Source: Candidatus Caldarchaeum sp.
GTDB taxonomy: Archaea > Thermoproteota > Nitrososphaeria_A > Caldarchaeales > Caldarchaeaceae
Direction: 5' to 3'
NCBI GenBank assembly: GCA_033580815.1
Contig: JAVQUC010000001.1
Coordinates: 29,259 to 93,258 of the forward strand
DNA: 64,000 nt
In this document: one piece after another, positions 1 through 9,051 of the stretch
Layout of the letters: the number at the start of each line of letters is the position of its first letter
Position numbering within the stretch: the first letter of the stretch is position 1
Position numbers and translations under genes: made by a program
The notes under the pieces: generated by a model
Databases searched by the model: none
Told to the model about the DNA's origin: nothing
The model's input: only the letters and a program-made list of their open reading frames with translations

Positions 1-1608
1 GGCAGTCTCGCGGGAACCGGGTTCCCGTTGGGGAACAGGTTGACGATGGTCTTCAGGTCTCCGCAGACGGGGACGATCGCTTGGACACAGACAGGTGGCT
101 ACGCTGCCTACGAGCTTGCCAGCCTCGGCATTTCAGCCCTTTACATCACTGGAAAATGCGAAAACCTCTCGACTTTGGTGATTAGCGATAAAGGCATTTC
201 ATTCGTCGACGCGGAGCCGTTCAGAGGTGTTGGAGCAGTCCAAACCTGCGCAGTTTTACGCATTGCGGCGGGAGACGCACGCATACTCACCATCGGGCCA
301 TCTGGCGAGAAGCACCAACCAATCGCAACAGTCATCAACGACATGGGCAGGTCCAGCGGTGTCAGACACGGTGCCGGCGCCGTTCTCGGCTCCAAAAACA
401 TCAAGGCAATAATCATAAAAACATCTAAGAGAGGAGCGAAACGTCCCAAAAACTCATTGGGTTTCGTTGAGCTTCTGAGAAGACTGAAGAAGAAAATCGA
501 AGAATCACACCTACTTAACATTGAAAAGGGTCTTCTAGCCGTTCATGGCACCGCGATCGCCGCTGAGACCTTGGCGGAGAACGACGCCCTCCCGCTCAAA
601 AACTACAGCACCACCTGTTTGGATGGCTATGAACGTATTGGGGGCAGAACCCTTTCGAAAACCGTTCTCGTCGCCCGTCTCACGTGCTCGATGTGTCCAG
701 TGTCCTGTAGAAGGGAAACGATCGGATTCGGCGTGAGGAGTGAAGGCCCGGACTACGCCCAAATCTCATCACTGGGAACCAACTGCTATGTATTGGACCA
801 CGAAAAAATCTCATACCTCACATCCCTTTGCTACGACGCAGGAGTCGACCCCATCGAAATGGGAAACACTCTCGCAGTTTACATGGACATGAGCGAGCAC
901 GGATACACCGAAGAGCATTTGGCGTGGGGTGATTTTGAGAAAATGGCCAATTTAATCGAGATGACGGCACGTGCCGAGGGTTTGGGGAAACTCCTTTCCC
1001 GTGGAGCGAGAGATATGGCCAAGGCTTTAGGCGACGACTACTTCGCCCCAGCCGTCAAAAACATCAGCATCCAAAACACCGACCCGAGAGCAGAGAAAGC
1101 ATGGGGGCTGGTCAACGCCGTCGAAACATTCGGAGGAGGGGTCCACATCTGGGTTTACCCGACGATCGTGCACAGCTTCGAAAGAATTGAAATCCAGACG
1201 ATATTCCGCGAAAAACCAACGAGCGATACAATAGCTGAAAAAGTATATCAAAAACAGGTTGAGGTCGCTTCTCTCGATTCACTCGGCGTCTGCGCCTTTT
1301 CTAGGCTGGTTTTTGACGTAAAGGACTATGTCGATGGCTTGTGTGCCTTTTACGGGTTGAAGGTGGAAGAACTTACGTTCGATCATGTAGGACGTAGTTG
1401 CATCACACTCGAAAGATACCTCAACAAATTATATGGGTTCGATGAATCAGACGACCGTCTACCGAAGAAATTCACGGAAACACCACTGCCCTCCGGAAAA
1501 CACAGGGGTGAAACATGTGATGTTGAAGAATTTCTACGACCGTACCGAAAATTCGTGAATTCAAACTACGCGTCAAACATCTTATCGATTTTCCCGAAAC
1601 TAACTTGA
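1..1608 (+). CDS. aor: Aldehyde:ferredoxin oxidoreductase (tungsten AOR family), 5'-truncated by the window edge
   Basis: The reading frame is open from base 1 (GSLAGTGFPLGNRLTMVFRSPQTG...). It has AOR-like N-terminal and catalytic domains and a C-x2-C-x3-C Fe-S motif (CSMCPVSC). Confidence 0.85.
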   Translation, partial: GSLAGTGFPLGNRLTMVFRSPQTGTIAWTQTGGYAAYELASLGISALYITGKCENLSTLVISDKGISFVDAEPFRGVGAVQTCAVLRIAAGDARILTIGPSGEKHQPIATVINDMGRSSGVRHGAGAVLGSKNIKAIIIKTSKRGAKRPKNSLGFVELLRRLKKKIEESHLLNIEKGLLAVHGTAIAAETLAENDALPLKNYSTTCLDGYERIGGRTLSKTVLVARLTCSMCPVSCRRETIGFGVRSEGPDYAQISSLGTNCYVLDHEKISYLTSLCYDAGVDPIEMGNTLAVYMDMSEHGYTEEHLAWGDFEKMANLIEMTARAEGLGKLLSRGARDMAKALGDDYFAPAVKNISIQNTDPRAEKAWGLVNAVETFGGGVHIWVYPTIVHSFERIEIQTIFREKPTSDTIAEKVYQKQVEVASLDSLGVCAFSRLVFDVKDYVDGLCAFYGLKVEELTFDHVGRSCITLERYLNKLYGFDESDDRLPKKFTETPLPSGKHRGETCDVEEFLRPYRKFVNSNYASNILSIFPKLT

Positions 1609-2037
1609 CCTTATGAAAAGACTCAACAGACGGACTCCAAAGTCAAGAAGGTCTCTCGAAGATATAACACCCATAGGGCTCCCCTGAGGGTCGACGACCG
1701 GTATGTGGCGGATGTTAAAGTCTTTCATCTTCTCCACTACCGAGACGATTTCGTCGTCCGGGGCGGCTGTTACAAGGTTCTTCGACATCAGCGACCTAGC
1801 CTTTACATCCTTACCGAACATCAAATGCGACGCGGCATACAAGATGTCTCTCTCAGTTATTATGCCGATAAGCTTGTTCTCCCGGTTAACGATTAAAACA
1901 CTTCCGACACCTTTGTCCCACATCAGCTTCGATACATCGTCTATGGTCGCTTCCTCACCAATAGTTACCGGAGGAGAGGACATAAGGTCTGCGGCCTTCA
2001 ACGGTGAATACCTCATCGCCCGCTTAAAAACCGGCAC
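1600..2037 (-). CDS. CBS domain pair protein
   Basis: Two CBS repeats (VTIGEEATIDDV..., LVTAAPDDEIVSVVEKM...HIPVVD). Its 3' end overlaps aor by 9 nt. Confidence 0.8.
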   Translation of the reverse strand: MPVFKRAMRYSPLKAADLMSSPPVTIGEEATIDDVSKLMWDKGVGSVLIVNRENKLIGIITERDILYAASHLMFGKDVKARSLMSKNLVTAAPDDEIVSVVEKMKDFNIRHIPVVDPQGSPMGVISSRDLLDFGVRLLSLFIRSS

Positions 2038-2305
2038 ATCGTAACATCGGTTTCCCTACTTAAATCGATTTCCAGCCAGTTTGAAATGCTGAATTTACAA
2101 TCAGCGGGTCAAAGTCAACATCTCTCGTGGACCGGCTTAGGGGCCGCAGACCTCAGAAACGATCCGGTTTTACGTACGCGGCCTTGGGAGATGGTTATGG
2201 GTGTACCCGGTTTATCCAAGTTAATAATTATAAACAACTGACGAGCGGCCTTGCGAAAGGTTAATCCCAACCCCTGACACAACTTTGTTGCTCCGGTCCG
2301 AGACC

Positions 2306-2404
2306 GCTCCGGTAGAACCAGTCTTAGAGCGGTGCCGAATATAGTCCGGTCAAGTATACCGGCCTTTCGAGCCGGTGACCCGGGTTCAAATCCCGGCCGG
2401 AGCA
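2306..2404 (+). tRNA. tRNA-Glu (anticodon UUC) with an apparent ~24-nt non-canonical intron between acceptor and D-arm
   Basis: Anticodon arm CCGGC-CTTTCGA-GCCGG (2359-2375). T-arm CCGGG-TTCAAAT-CCCGG (2380-2396). 3' acceptor CCGGAGC plus A (2397-2404) pairs with GCTCCGG at 2306-2312. A typical D-arm ATAT-AGTCCGGTCAA-GTAT lies at 2339-2357, leaving 2315-2338 as an insert. No CCA is encoded. Confidence 0.75.
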
Positions 2405-2409
2405 TCAAA

Positions 2410-3179
2410 TCAATCGGTCAAAAATCCTCCGTCCCCCGAGATTACGGCGCCTTTCACGTAGCTGGGAGGTCTGTTGCTAGAAAGAGCACGACTTTTGCCA
2501 CTTCGTCCGGCTCGCCGAGTCTTTTAAGCGGAATTCTGGAGATGAACTGGAAACCTGTGATGAAAAACCTATCCTCAGTTTCTTGATTGCTTCGTTTCTA
2601 ACTTTTTCTGTTCCTGAAGTGTGGATGCCACCTGGCATCACCAAGTTGACGCGGAAACCTTTTCCACCGTATTCCCTCGCCAAGGCGCTCGTTAAAGTCC
2701 CATTTTGCTCATGCCGTAGTGGGTCAGGCCTTTGACAAGATGTAGGATGGCCTCGACAGAGCTGACGTTGATGATGACGCCGCCTTTGACGAAACGTTGA
2801 CAAATGAATAAAGCGGACTTTGTTTATCGAAAGTGTTCTCTCGAGAAAAGCTTCGTCGACCTCGAGAAAATCCCTGAATTCGTACACTCCCGCATTATTT
2901 GCATATATGTCCGGCGGCGAGCTTTCTAACTTATTCTATAGTTCGTCGATTTGACTCTTCTTGCTCGACTCTCTTCCATGTAATTTTGGCTCCGAATCGC
3001 TTGACCAAATCGTCTGCGACTTCGGTCAATCCAACTTCGTTGACGTCTACAAGAACTAGTTCAGCGCCAGCTTCTGCAAATCTTTCGGCTGTAGAACTCC
3101 CGATGCCCGACGCAGCACCGATAACCAAAGCCTTCCTTCCTCTAAGAGAAACCAATTCGTTAAGCGGCTTAAGACTCAT
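2410..3179 (-). pseudogene. Short-chain dehydrogenase/reductase (SDR) pseudogene with at least 5 frame disruptions
   Basis: The N-terminus is intact (GAASGIGSS Rossmann motif, ORF 2931-3179). The later SDR segments lie in different frames separated by stops: DIYANNAGVYEF, GGVIINVSS...YGMSK, ALAREYGGKGFRVNLVMPGGIHT, LGEPDEVAKVVLFLATD and SYVKGAVISGDGG. Confidence 0.8.
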
Positions 3180-3221
3180 CCTCGATATCGGCCGGGCTGT
3201 GATGACCGATAAGTTTGACAG

Positions 3222-3503
3222 TCAGTCTTTTTTGGGCATGATTTTTACGAGGCTGCCTTGACCGAGTCCCGACGGTCCTCCTTGAGAGATGGCGTCTTCG
3301 GAGAAGCGAACAATCAATGTTTCGTCTTCATACAGCCCGACGACAATGCCCTTCCACAAATCACCTTTGAAGTCTTCGTATACAACTTCGCATCCCACGA
3401 GTTTTTGGAGCTGCGACGCGTCTACGGGGGAAGTCGTCGATACTATGCAGTCATCTCCTTCGAAAGCCACGACTATTGCTGAAATACCCTCTTCTTCGGT
3501 CAA
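3222..3503 (-). CDS. Small acidic hypothetical protein with a pattern reminiscent of the L35Ae fold
   Basis: 93-aa ORF. LVGCEVVY...GDLWKGIVVGLYEDETLIVRFSED resembles the L35Ae beta-barrel pattern, but the protein is acidic rather than basic. Confidence 0.45.
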   Translation of the reverse strand: MTEEEGISAIVVAFEGDDCIVSTTSPVDASQLQKLVGCEVVYEDFKGDLWKGIVVGLYEDETLIVRFSEDAISQGGPSGLGQGSLVKIMPKKD

Positions 3504-3580
3504 CGGTGATGCTTGGATTGCGGAACTATTAATTGTTTATAGCCAAAACTTATTAGCTAACGGGCTGCAGCTGTAGCGAG

Positions 3581-3988
3581 ATGTCATACGATGATGAGCT
3601 TGAAAGGATAAAGATGCGTAAGCTTGCTGAAATGATGTCTAGGAGGGAGGCGCAAGCCAAACCACCTATAAGTGAACCTGTAGAGTTGAATGATTTGAAC
3701 TTTGACGAATTCGTCTCGAAAAACAACTTCGTCGTTGTCGATTTTTGGGCTGAATGGTGTGCACCCTGCAGGGCTATTGCACCAGTTGTTAAAGAGCTTG
3801 CGAAACAATACGCAGGGAAGGTTGTCTTCGGCAAACTGAACGTAGACGAGAATCCGCGGACTGCGAGTCGGTTCAGCATCATGGGCATCCCGACACTACT
3901 GTTCTTCAAGGGAGGCAAGCTCGTTGACATGGTTGTGGGCGCTGTGCCGAAACGGGTTTTAGAAGCGAGGATATCAAACTATCTTTAG
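3581..3988 (+). CDS. trxA: Thioredoxin with a ~30-aa N-terminal extension
   Basis: WCAPC active site within FWAEWCAPCRA, followed by thioredoxin-fold residues (IMGIPTLLFFKGG). Confidence 0.9.
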   Translation: MSYDDELERIKMRKLAEMMSRREAQAKPPISEPVELNDLNFDEFVSKNNFVVVDFWAEWCAPCRAIAPVVKELAKQYAGKVVFGKLNVDENPRTASRFSIMGIPTLLFFKGGKLVDMVVGAVPKRVLEARISNYL

Positions 3989-4030
3989 CTGGTAAAACCT
4001 AAAAAACCAACGAAAGGACAGGATATGTAG

Positions 4031-4969
4031 ATGAAGAGCGCTCTCGAAAACATCAGCGCCGACTCGATTATCGCCTCTTTCACAGCAGACCTCGAAAAAC
4101 ATCTTTATAAAAAAATCGCTGGACGGCCTGACAGCTTTCTCATTGCACGAGCCGTCCATGGTGGTAAACGCATAAGGCCGATTCTTCTTCTAACTGTGTT
4201 TAAGGCGTTAGGCGGTGTGGACTATCACAAAGCTCTCGACGTAGCGGTAGCATTAGAGCTGGCACATAGTGCTAGCCTAGTCCACGACGATATAGTTGAC
4301 CAAGATAGGAACAGGAGAAGTTCGCCAAGTTTATGGTACCAGATCGGAGCCGGTAAGGCAATAATCCAAGGCCATCGCATAATCAATTTGGCTTTCCAGA
4401 TAGTTTTGGACATCGGGGAGGAAATGTCCCGGATATTTGTCACGGCATGGGACAGAGCTTCCAAGGGAATTCTCGACGAAGTCATCAACAAGGCCGCTTT
4501 GACGGAAAGGCTGTATCTCGTCATGATACGGGAGAAGACAGCTTCTCTGTTTGAGGCCGCCGCCCATGCCGGAGCTGTACTCGCGGGTGCGAGTCCTGAA
4601 CAAATTGACCTGATGAGAAGGTTCGGATCGGAGGTCGGAACAGCCTACCAGATGGCCGATGATTTGGTAGACATTTATCTCCGGAAAAAGAGGGGCAGAC
4701 TATACTTTCTAACTCACGAGATGAGGGAGAGGCTCGTTCATCTTCTCATCTCGACCAAAACCAAGCAGTTGAGAGGATTAATCCGAGCCGTTGCACCACG
4801 AATCCCTGACGAAGATTTTCTTAAAAGACAAATAGTCGAAAGACTCAGCTCTGCAGTCCTACTCGCTAAAGACCCTCTTATACCAGAATCACCGTATAAG
4901 ACTGTTCTCCAATTACTGCCGCGCATGTTTGTGAATCGAATGATCGCGGAGGCTCATAGGAGAGTTTAA
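4031..4969 (+). CDS. Polyprenyl (geranylgeranyl-type) diphosphate synthase
   Basis: First Asp-rich motif is LVHDDIVDQD and the second is QMADDLVD. Confidence 0.85.
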   Translation: MKSALENISADSIIASFTADLEKHLYKKIAGRPDSFLIARAVHGGKRIRPILLLTVFKALGGVDYHKALDVAVALELAHSASLVHDDIVDQDRNRRSSPSLWYQIGAGKAIIQGHRIINLAFQIVLDIGEEMSRIFVTAWDRASKGILDEVINKAALTERLYLVMIREKTASLFEAAAHAGAVLAGASPEQIDLMRRFGSEVGTAYQMADDLVDIYLRKKRGRLYFLTHEMRERLVHLLISTKTKQLRGLIRAVAPRIPDEDFLKRQIVERLSSAVLLAKDPLIPESPYKTVLQLLPRMFVNRMIAEAHRRV

Positions 4970-4998
4970 ACCTTAGCTGAATAGTTTGACGCTAGACC

Positions 4999-6552
4999 AT
5001 GAATTTCGTCGACGTACTATTGTTGAGTCTGCTCGCAATCGCCGCGTCTTACGCACGAATGACTATTGCCTTGTTCTTCTCTGTAGTCTTCTCTTTAGCC
5101 GTAGGAATTGCCGCGGGAACGAGTAAGACCTTCGAAAGAATAGCCATACCGGTCCTCGACATCCTCCAGTCAATCCCAATACTGGGTTTTTTTCCAGTGG
5201 CAATACAGCTTTTCTACACATCTATTCCCGTCGTGGGAGCTGAGCTCGCGGCCATCTTCCTGATTTTCACCAGCCAAGTGTGGAACATTACCTTCGCTGT
5301 CTACGAGTCGACGAGATTCATCCAGGCAGAGCTTCTTGACACGGCAAAATTCTTACGTATTAATCTGTTTGAAAGGATTCGCTACCTCTACATACCTTCA
5401 TGTCTACCAAGGGTAGTGAGAAACTTTCAACCATCATGGGCCAACGGGATGTTCTTCCTAGTAGGCAGCGAGATCCTTACATTTGGACAAACCGAGATTC
5501 AGCTGTTCGGGCTCGGGACAATTGTTTCCCAGTTCGCGGTGGAGGGCAATGCAGTCGGAATCGCTACTGCCCTAAGCCTGCTCATCTTCACAACGGTCCT
5601 GATAAACTTAATGATTTTCATTCCCCTTAACAACATCTTCGAAAAACCTTTCCGAAGACCTTCCCGGTCATGGAAAAGGCTCGGGTTCCTGAGGAAAATA
5701 GCCAAATCTCCGAAACCTCACTTCCACATCCCTGGTATAACCTTCTCTGAATACAACAAAGCTGTATCTGAGATGGTGAAAAAATTGACGGTCCTCACCT
5801 CAATTATCAGAAACCTGATCTTTTTTGTGATCGTCGGGGTCTCTTTGGCGGTGCTGGTTACAGGAGGAAATGAATTTTTCGAAAAGCTCTATTTGGCTTT
5901 TCAAAGTATCGGTTTAGATGTCATTGCTTCTTCGGCCTTCTTCTCGTTCATTCGGGTGATGGCAGCAGTGGGATTTTCGGTTGCATGGAGCCTTCCAGCA
6001 GCAATCGCCATAGCTCGAAAGCAAAACTTGTCGGCTACTGTTTCAACCGTTTTTCAAGTCATAGCGTCCATACCTGTCACGATAGTTTATCCGCTGATCG
6101 CAGAATCGCTTGCCAGTCAACACGAAATACGAGCCTTTCTGATGATAATCGCCGCAACCCAGTGGTATGTTTTCTTCCAAGTTTTGGCCGGGTTACGCAA
6201 CATGCCCCCGATGGAGCTAGAGGTAGCCGACCTCCTTCAGCTCAAAACTTGGGACAAGATTAAGATGGTGTATCTGCCGAGAGCGACACCGGCCTTGATA
6301 ACAGGATGCATCACCGCCGCTGGCGGTGCTTGGAACGGGCTGATCGTCGCAGAGAGGCTCGTCTTAGGTGACATCGTGGCCGAAACCGAACTACCGGGGC
6401 TTGGAAAGCTGCTGTCGCAGCTCACATACGCAGGCGACCTCCTCGGAAGCATCGCGGTGATAATCACAATGTCGAGCATCATTGTTCTGATGAACCGGCT
6501 TTTCTGGAAAAGGCTGTATGACACGGTTGCTTCTAAGCTTAAAATTGAGTGA
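4999..6552 (+). CDS. ABC transporter permease, duplicated (two-module) NitT/TauT-like
   Basis: 517-aa polytopic membrane protein with two permease-like halves. Its stop overlaps the start of the downstream ATPase by 4 nt. Confidence 0.8.
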   Translation: MNFVDVLLLSLLAIAASYARMTIALFFSVVFSLAVGIAAGTSKTFERIAIPVLDILQSIPILGFFPVAIQLFYTSIPVVGAELAAIFLIFTSQVWNITFAVYESTRFIQAELLDTAKFLRINLFERIRYLYIPSCLPRVVRNFQPSWANGMFFLVGSEILTFGQTEIQLFGLGTIVSQFAVEGNAVGIATALSLLIFTTVLINLMIFIPLNNIFEKPFRRPSRSWKRLGFLRKIAKSPKPHFHIPGITFSEYNKAVSEMVKKLTVLTSIIRNLIFFVIVGVSLAVLVTGGNEFFEKLYLAFQSIGLDVIASSAFFSFIRVMAAVGFSVAWSLPAAIAIARKQNLSATVSTVFQVIASIPVTIVYPLIAESLASQHEIRAFLMIIAATQWYVFFQVLAGLRNMPPMELEVADLLQLKTWDKIKMVYLPRATPALITGCITAAGGAWNGLIVAERLVLGDIVAETELPGLGKLLSQLTYAGDLLGSIAVIITMSSIIVLMNRLFWKRLYDTVASKLKIE

Positions 6553-7346
6553 AAATCTTTGCGGCTCGAGAGGGGCGCGGCTTGAATGCGTCATCGATAC
6601 TGCAGGTCGTTAACGTCTCTCACAACTACTACACAAAAAAAGGGGTTGTTCTAGAGGTTCTCAAAAACTTGAGCCTCGAGCTCTTTTACGGTGAATTTTT
6701 GGGGATTGTCGGACAAAGTGGTTCAGGCAAAACGACTCTGCTGAAGATCATGGCCGGGTTGATCAAGCCGACAAGCGGAAAAGTCCTGTACAAGGGTAAG
6801 CCCATTAACGGCCCTACTCCCGCAATTTCGCTCGTCTTCCAAGAGCCAGTGCTCTTCCCATGGCTGACCGTGCTCGATAACGTAATGCTCGCTTTGAAAA
6901 GAATCGAAAACATTTCGAAAGAAGAGATGAAGGTGAAGGCCCAGTCTTTCCTCGACATGGTCGGATTATCTGGCTTTGAGAACAGCTATCCCGGGGAACT
7001 GAGCGGGGGGATGAAGCAGAGAGTGGTTTTGGCACGCGCTCTCGTGACTAACCCAGATGTTTTGCTGATGGACGAACCATTCAGTAACCTTGACCCATTG
7101 ACGGCAGTTTCTCTCCGAAGGGAAATAGACCTACTCCGACAACATGAAACCCTTCCACCGTCATCAGTTTTGCTAGTCTCGCACAACGTTGAAGAAATAG
7201 TCGAGCTTAGCGACAGAGTTTTGGTTCTGACGAGTAGGCCTGCTCAAATAGCTGGTGAGGTATCTATCAAAATGGAGAAGCCGAGAGACCGTAGGAGCCC
7301 TCAATTTTACGAATACGTGGACGCGATTTTTACGTTGATGAGTTAA
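6549..7346 (+). CDS. ABC transporter ATP-binding protein (NitT/TauT-like)
   Basis: Walker A GQSGSGKTT, signature LSGGMKQR and Walker B LLMDEP. Confidence 0.9.
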   Translation: MKIFAAREGRGLNASSILQVVNVSHNYYTKKGVVLEVLKNLSLELFYGEFLGIVGQSGSGKTTLLKIMAGLIKPTSGKVLYKGKPINGPTPAISLVFQEPVLFPWLTVLDNVMLALKRIENISKEEMKVKAQSFLDMVGLSGFENSYPGELSGGMKQRVVLARALVTNPDVLLMDEPFSNLDPLTAVSLRREIDLLRQHETLPPSSVLLVSHNVEEIVELSDRVLVLTSRPAQIAGEVSIKMEKPRDRRSPQFYEYVDAIFTLMS

Positions 7347-7848
7347 GGCCTTTCCGCGCCTTCAGTTTGAAAAGTCCTGTGTCTCCGTGGTACGAGAGCA
7401 ATTCAGTGTAGATCATCCAATCCATCAAGAGTTCCTTTAGTTTTTCACCGTTTTCGGCGTATTCGACGAGTTCCGGGATGTTCGATAGACGATTAACCAA
7501 ATCCTCCAGACTAAAGCCCTTCGGGTTCTCCTTCGCAAGTGCCAATGCGGTGCTGAACGGTTCAAGGCTCGGAAGCTGTTCTCTCAGAATTTTCTTCTTA
7601 CCCTTAGCCAAGCTTTTGCTAACCTTAATCCCGAGCGCTGTCGCCACGCCTTCCCCGTCATGTATCTCTAAGACCCCTAGTAGTTCGGCTGCTGTGGAAG
7701 CCGGTAATATGTGGTCAACCTCCATCTGCAGCTCCCTCGCTATGAACGCGAGGTCAGCCTTCCCGCCGTAAGCTACCACGAGCTCCAGAAGACCCAAAAC
7801 CGTTCCGAGCCTAGCATCGAGGGGAAATTTCTTGGAATGTTGCCCCAT
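7330..7848 (-). CDS. Stand-alone AAA-associated C-terminal domain protein, a domain normally fused to NitT/TauT ATPases
   Basis: The pattern LGLLELVVAYGGKADLAFIARELQMEVDHILPASTAAELLG...LMDWMIYTELLSY matches the ABC nitrate/sulfonate ATPase C-terminal domain family. Confidence 0.65.
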   Translation of the reverse strand: MGQHSKKFPLDARLGTVLGLLELVVAYGGKADLAFIARELQMEVDHILPASTAAELLGVLEIHDGEGVATALGIKVSKSLAKGKKKILREQLPSLEPFSTALALAKENPKGFSLEDLVNRLSNIPELVEYAENGEKLKELLMDWMIYTELLSYHGDTGLFKLKARKGLNSST

Positions 7849-7896
7849 ACGTCATCCATTTGGTATTGCGATTAATTAAAGGCTTATGGAGGTGCT

Positions 7897-9051
7897 TCAA
7901 CGAAGCATCTCTATAGCTGAGGCGGCCGCCTTCACCCCTCCGCATCTTTCCACCAATTTCTGCAGTTCTTTAAGGTTGTAGTTGACTTGGCTGTTTTCGA
8001 CTAGAGAGGCCACGGCCTCCTCAAGCACACGAGCGGTTAAACGAGGTTGTTCGATAACTCTGCAGATTCCAAGACTTTCGGCCTTCCTGGCGTTTGAAAG
8101 CTGTTCACCGTGTTGAGGCGTCGGAACCAAAACCATCGGCTTACCATACATAATACATTTCGAGATCAGGCTCAAACCAGCCCGACAGACGACAACGTCA
8201 ACGGCCTGGAGATACAGCTCCAAATCATTAATCCAACTCGTGAGAAAAACAGGGCCCTTCCTGGTTTCCCAGGTGCTTGAAGGATCAGCGGTAGACACGA
8301 CGTACACATTTTCATCGCTCAGGAGCTCTGCCATCGAAACCATGATGTCCACAAAGGATTTTTTTTCGCGTAAACCTCCACTTATCACGAGAAGTACGAG
8401 CGGTTTATCGGTTGCTCCAAACATCTCCCGGACTTGTCTCAATTCTGCCTTTGAATGGTTTACCATTTTGAAGAGCGGACCTGTGTAAACAGTTTTTTCA
8501 AGATGTCTGTCCGGAATATGAAGCGTCGATTCAGAAATCGTGAATGGAGGTGGCAGATCAGGTACCAATATGATGTCCGACAAGTTCCATATGAGCTGGG
8601 GTGCTTGAATCGTTCTTTCAAAAAATGCGGCAACTGCTTGGTGTTTCGTCGTTTCAATCCTGACATTGTATTGGTTCAGGATAGTGGCGACGGGTTTTTT
8701 CAAAACCGAGGCGGCGAGGGTTGCCGAAGCCCGCGTATCGGAAACAACCAAGTCCGCTCCGTTCTGGGTTATCAGAGAGATTTCGGAAAGCGTCTGCCCA
8801 GCGAATCTTATAGGAAGAATCATGTTGGCCAGAAGAGTTCTTTTGACTGAGATGGCCCCATCGTCTCCAACACCGTATCCAACACTCATCACACGGGTGG
8901 GACGGTGCCCATTTCTCATAAGATATGAGTAGGCTTGGTCGTAGGCCGTGAAGAAAATTTCATGACCTCTTACGCGTAATTCGTTGGCGATTTCCACGGA
9001 CCTCGTCACGTGGCCGAGTCCAATTCCGCACACAGCAAAATGTATCAGCAT
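7897..9051 (-). CDS. GT-B fold glycosyltransferase (MurG/GT28-like)
   Basis: N-terminal GIGLGHVTRS glycine loop and a C-terminal GT28-like segment (CRAGLSLISKCIMYGKPMVLVPTPQHGEQ). Confidence 0.75.
   Translation of the reverse strand: MLIHFAVCGIGLGHVTRSVEIANELRVRGHEIFFTAYDQAYSYLMRNGHRPTRVMSVGYGVGDDGAISVKRTLLANMILPIRFAGQTLSEISLITQNGADLVVSDTRASATLAASVLKKPVATILNQYNVRIETTKHQAVAAFFERTIQAPQLIWNLSDIILVPDLPPPFTISESTLHIPDRHLEKTVYTGPLFKMVNHSKAELRQVREMFGATDKPLVLLVISGGLREKKSFVDIMVSMAELLSDENVYVVSTADPSSTWETRKGPVFLTSWINDLELYLQAVDVVVCRAGLSLISKCIMYGKPMVLVPTPQHGEQLSNARKAESLGICRVIEQPRLTARVLEEAVASLVENSQVNYNLKELQKLVERCGGVKAAASAIEMLR

Noticed and set aside
2115-2408. A 97-aa minus-strand ORF and an 84-aa plus-strand ORF (2332-2586) covering the tRNA region.
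   Set aside because: They overlap the tRNA-Glu gene and the SDR pseudogene remnants and have no protein-like features.
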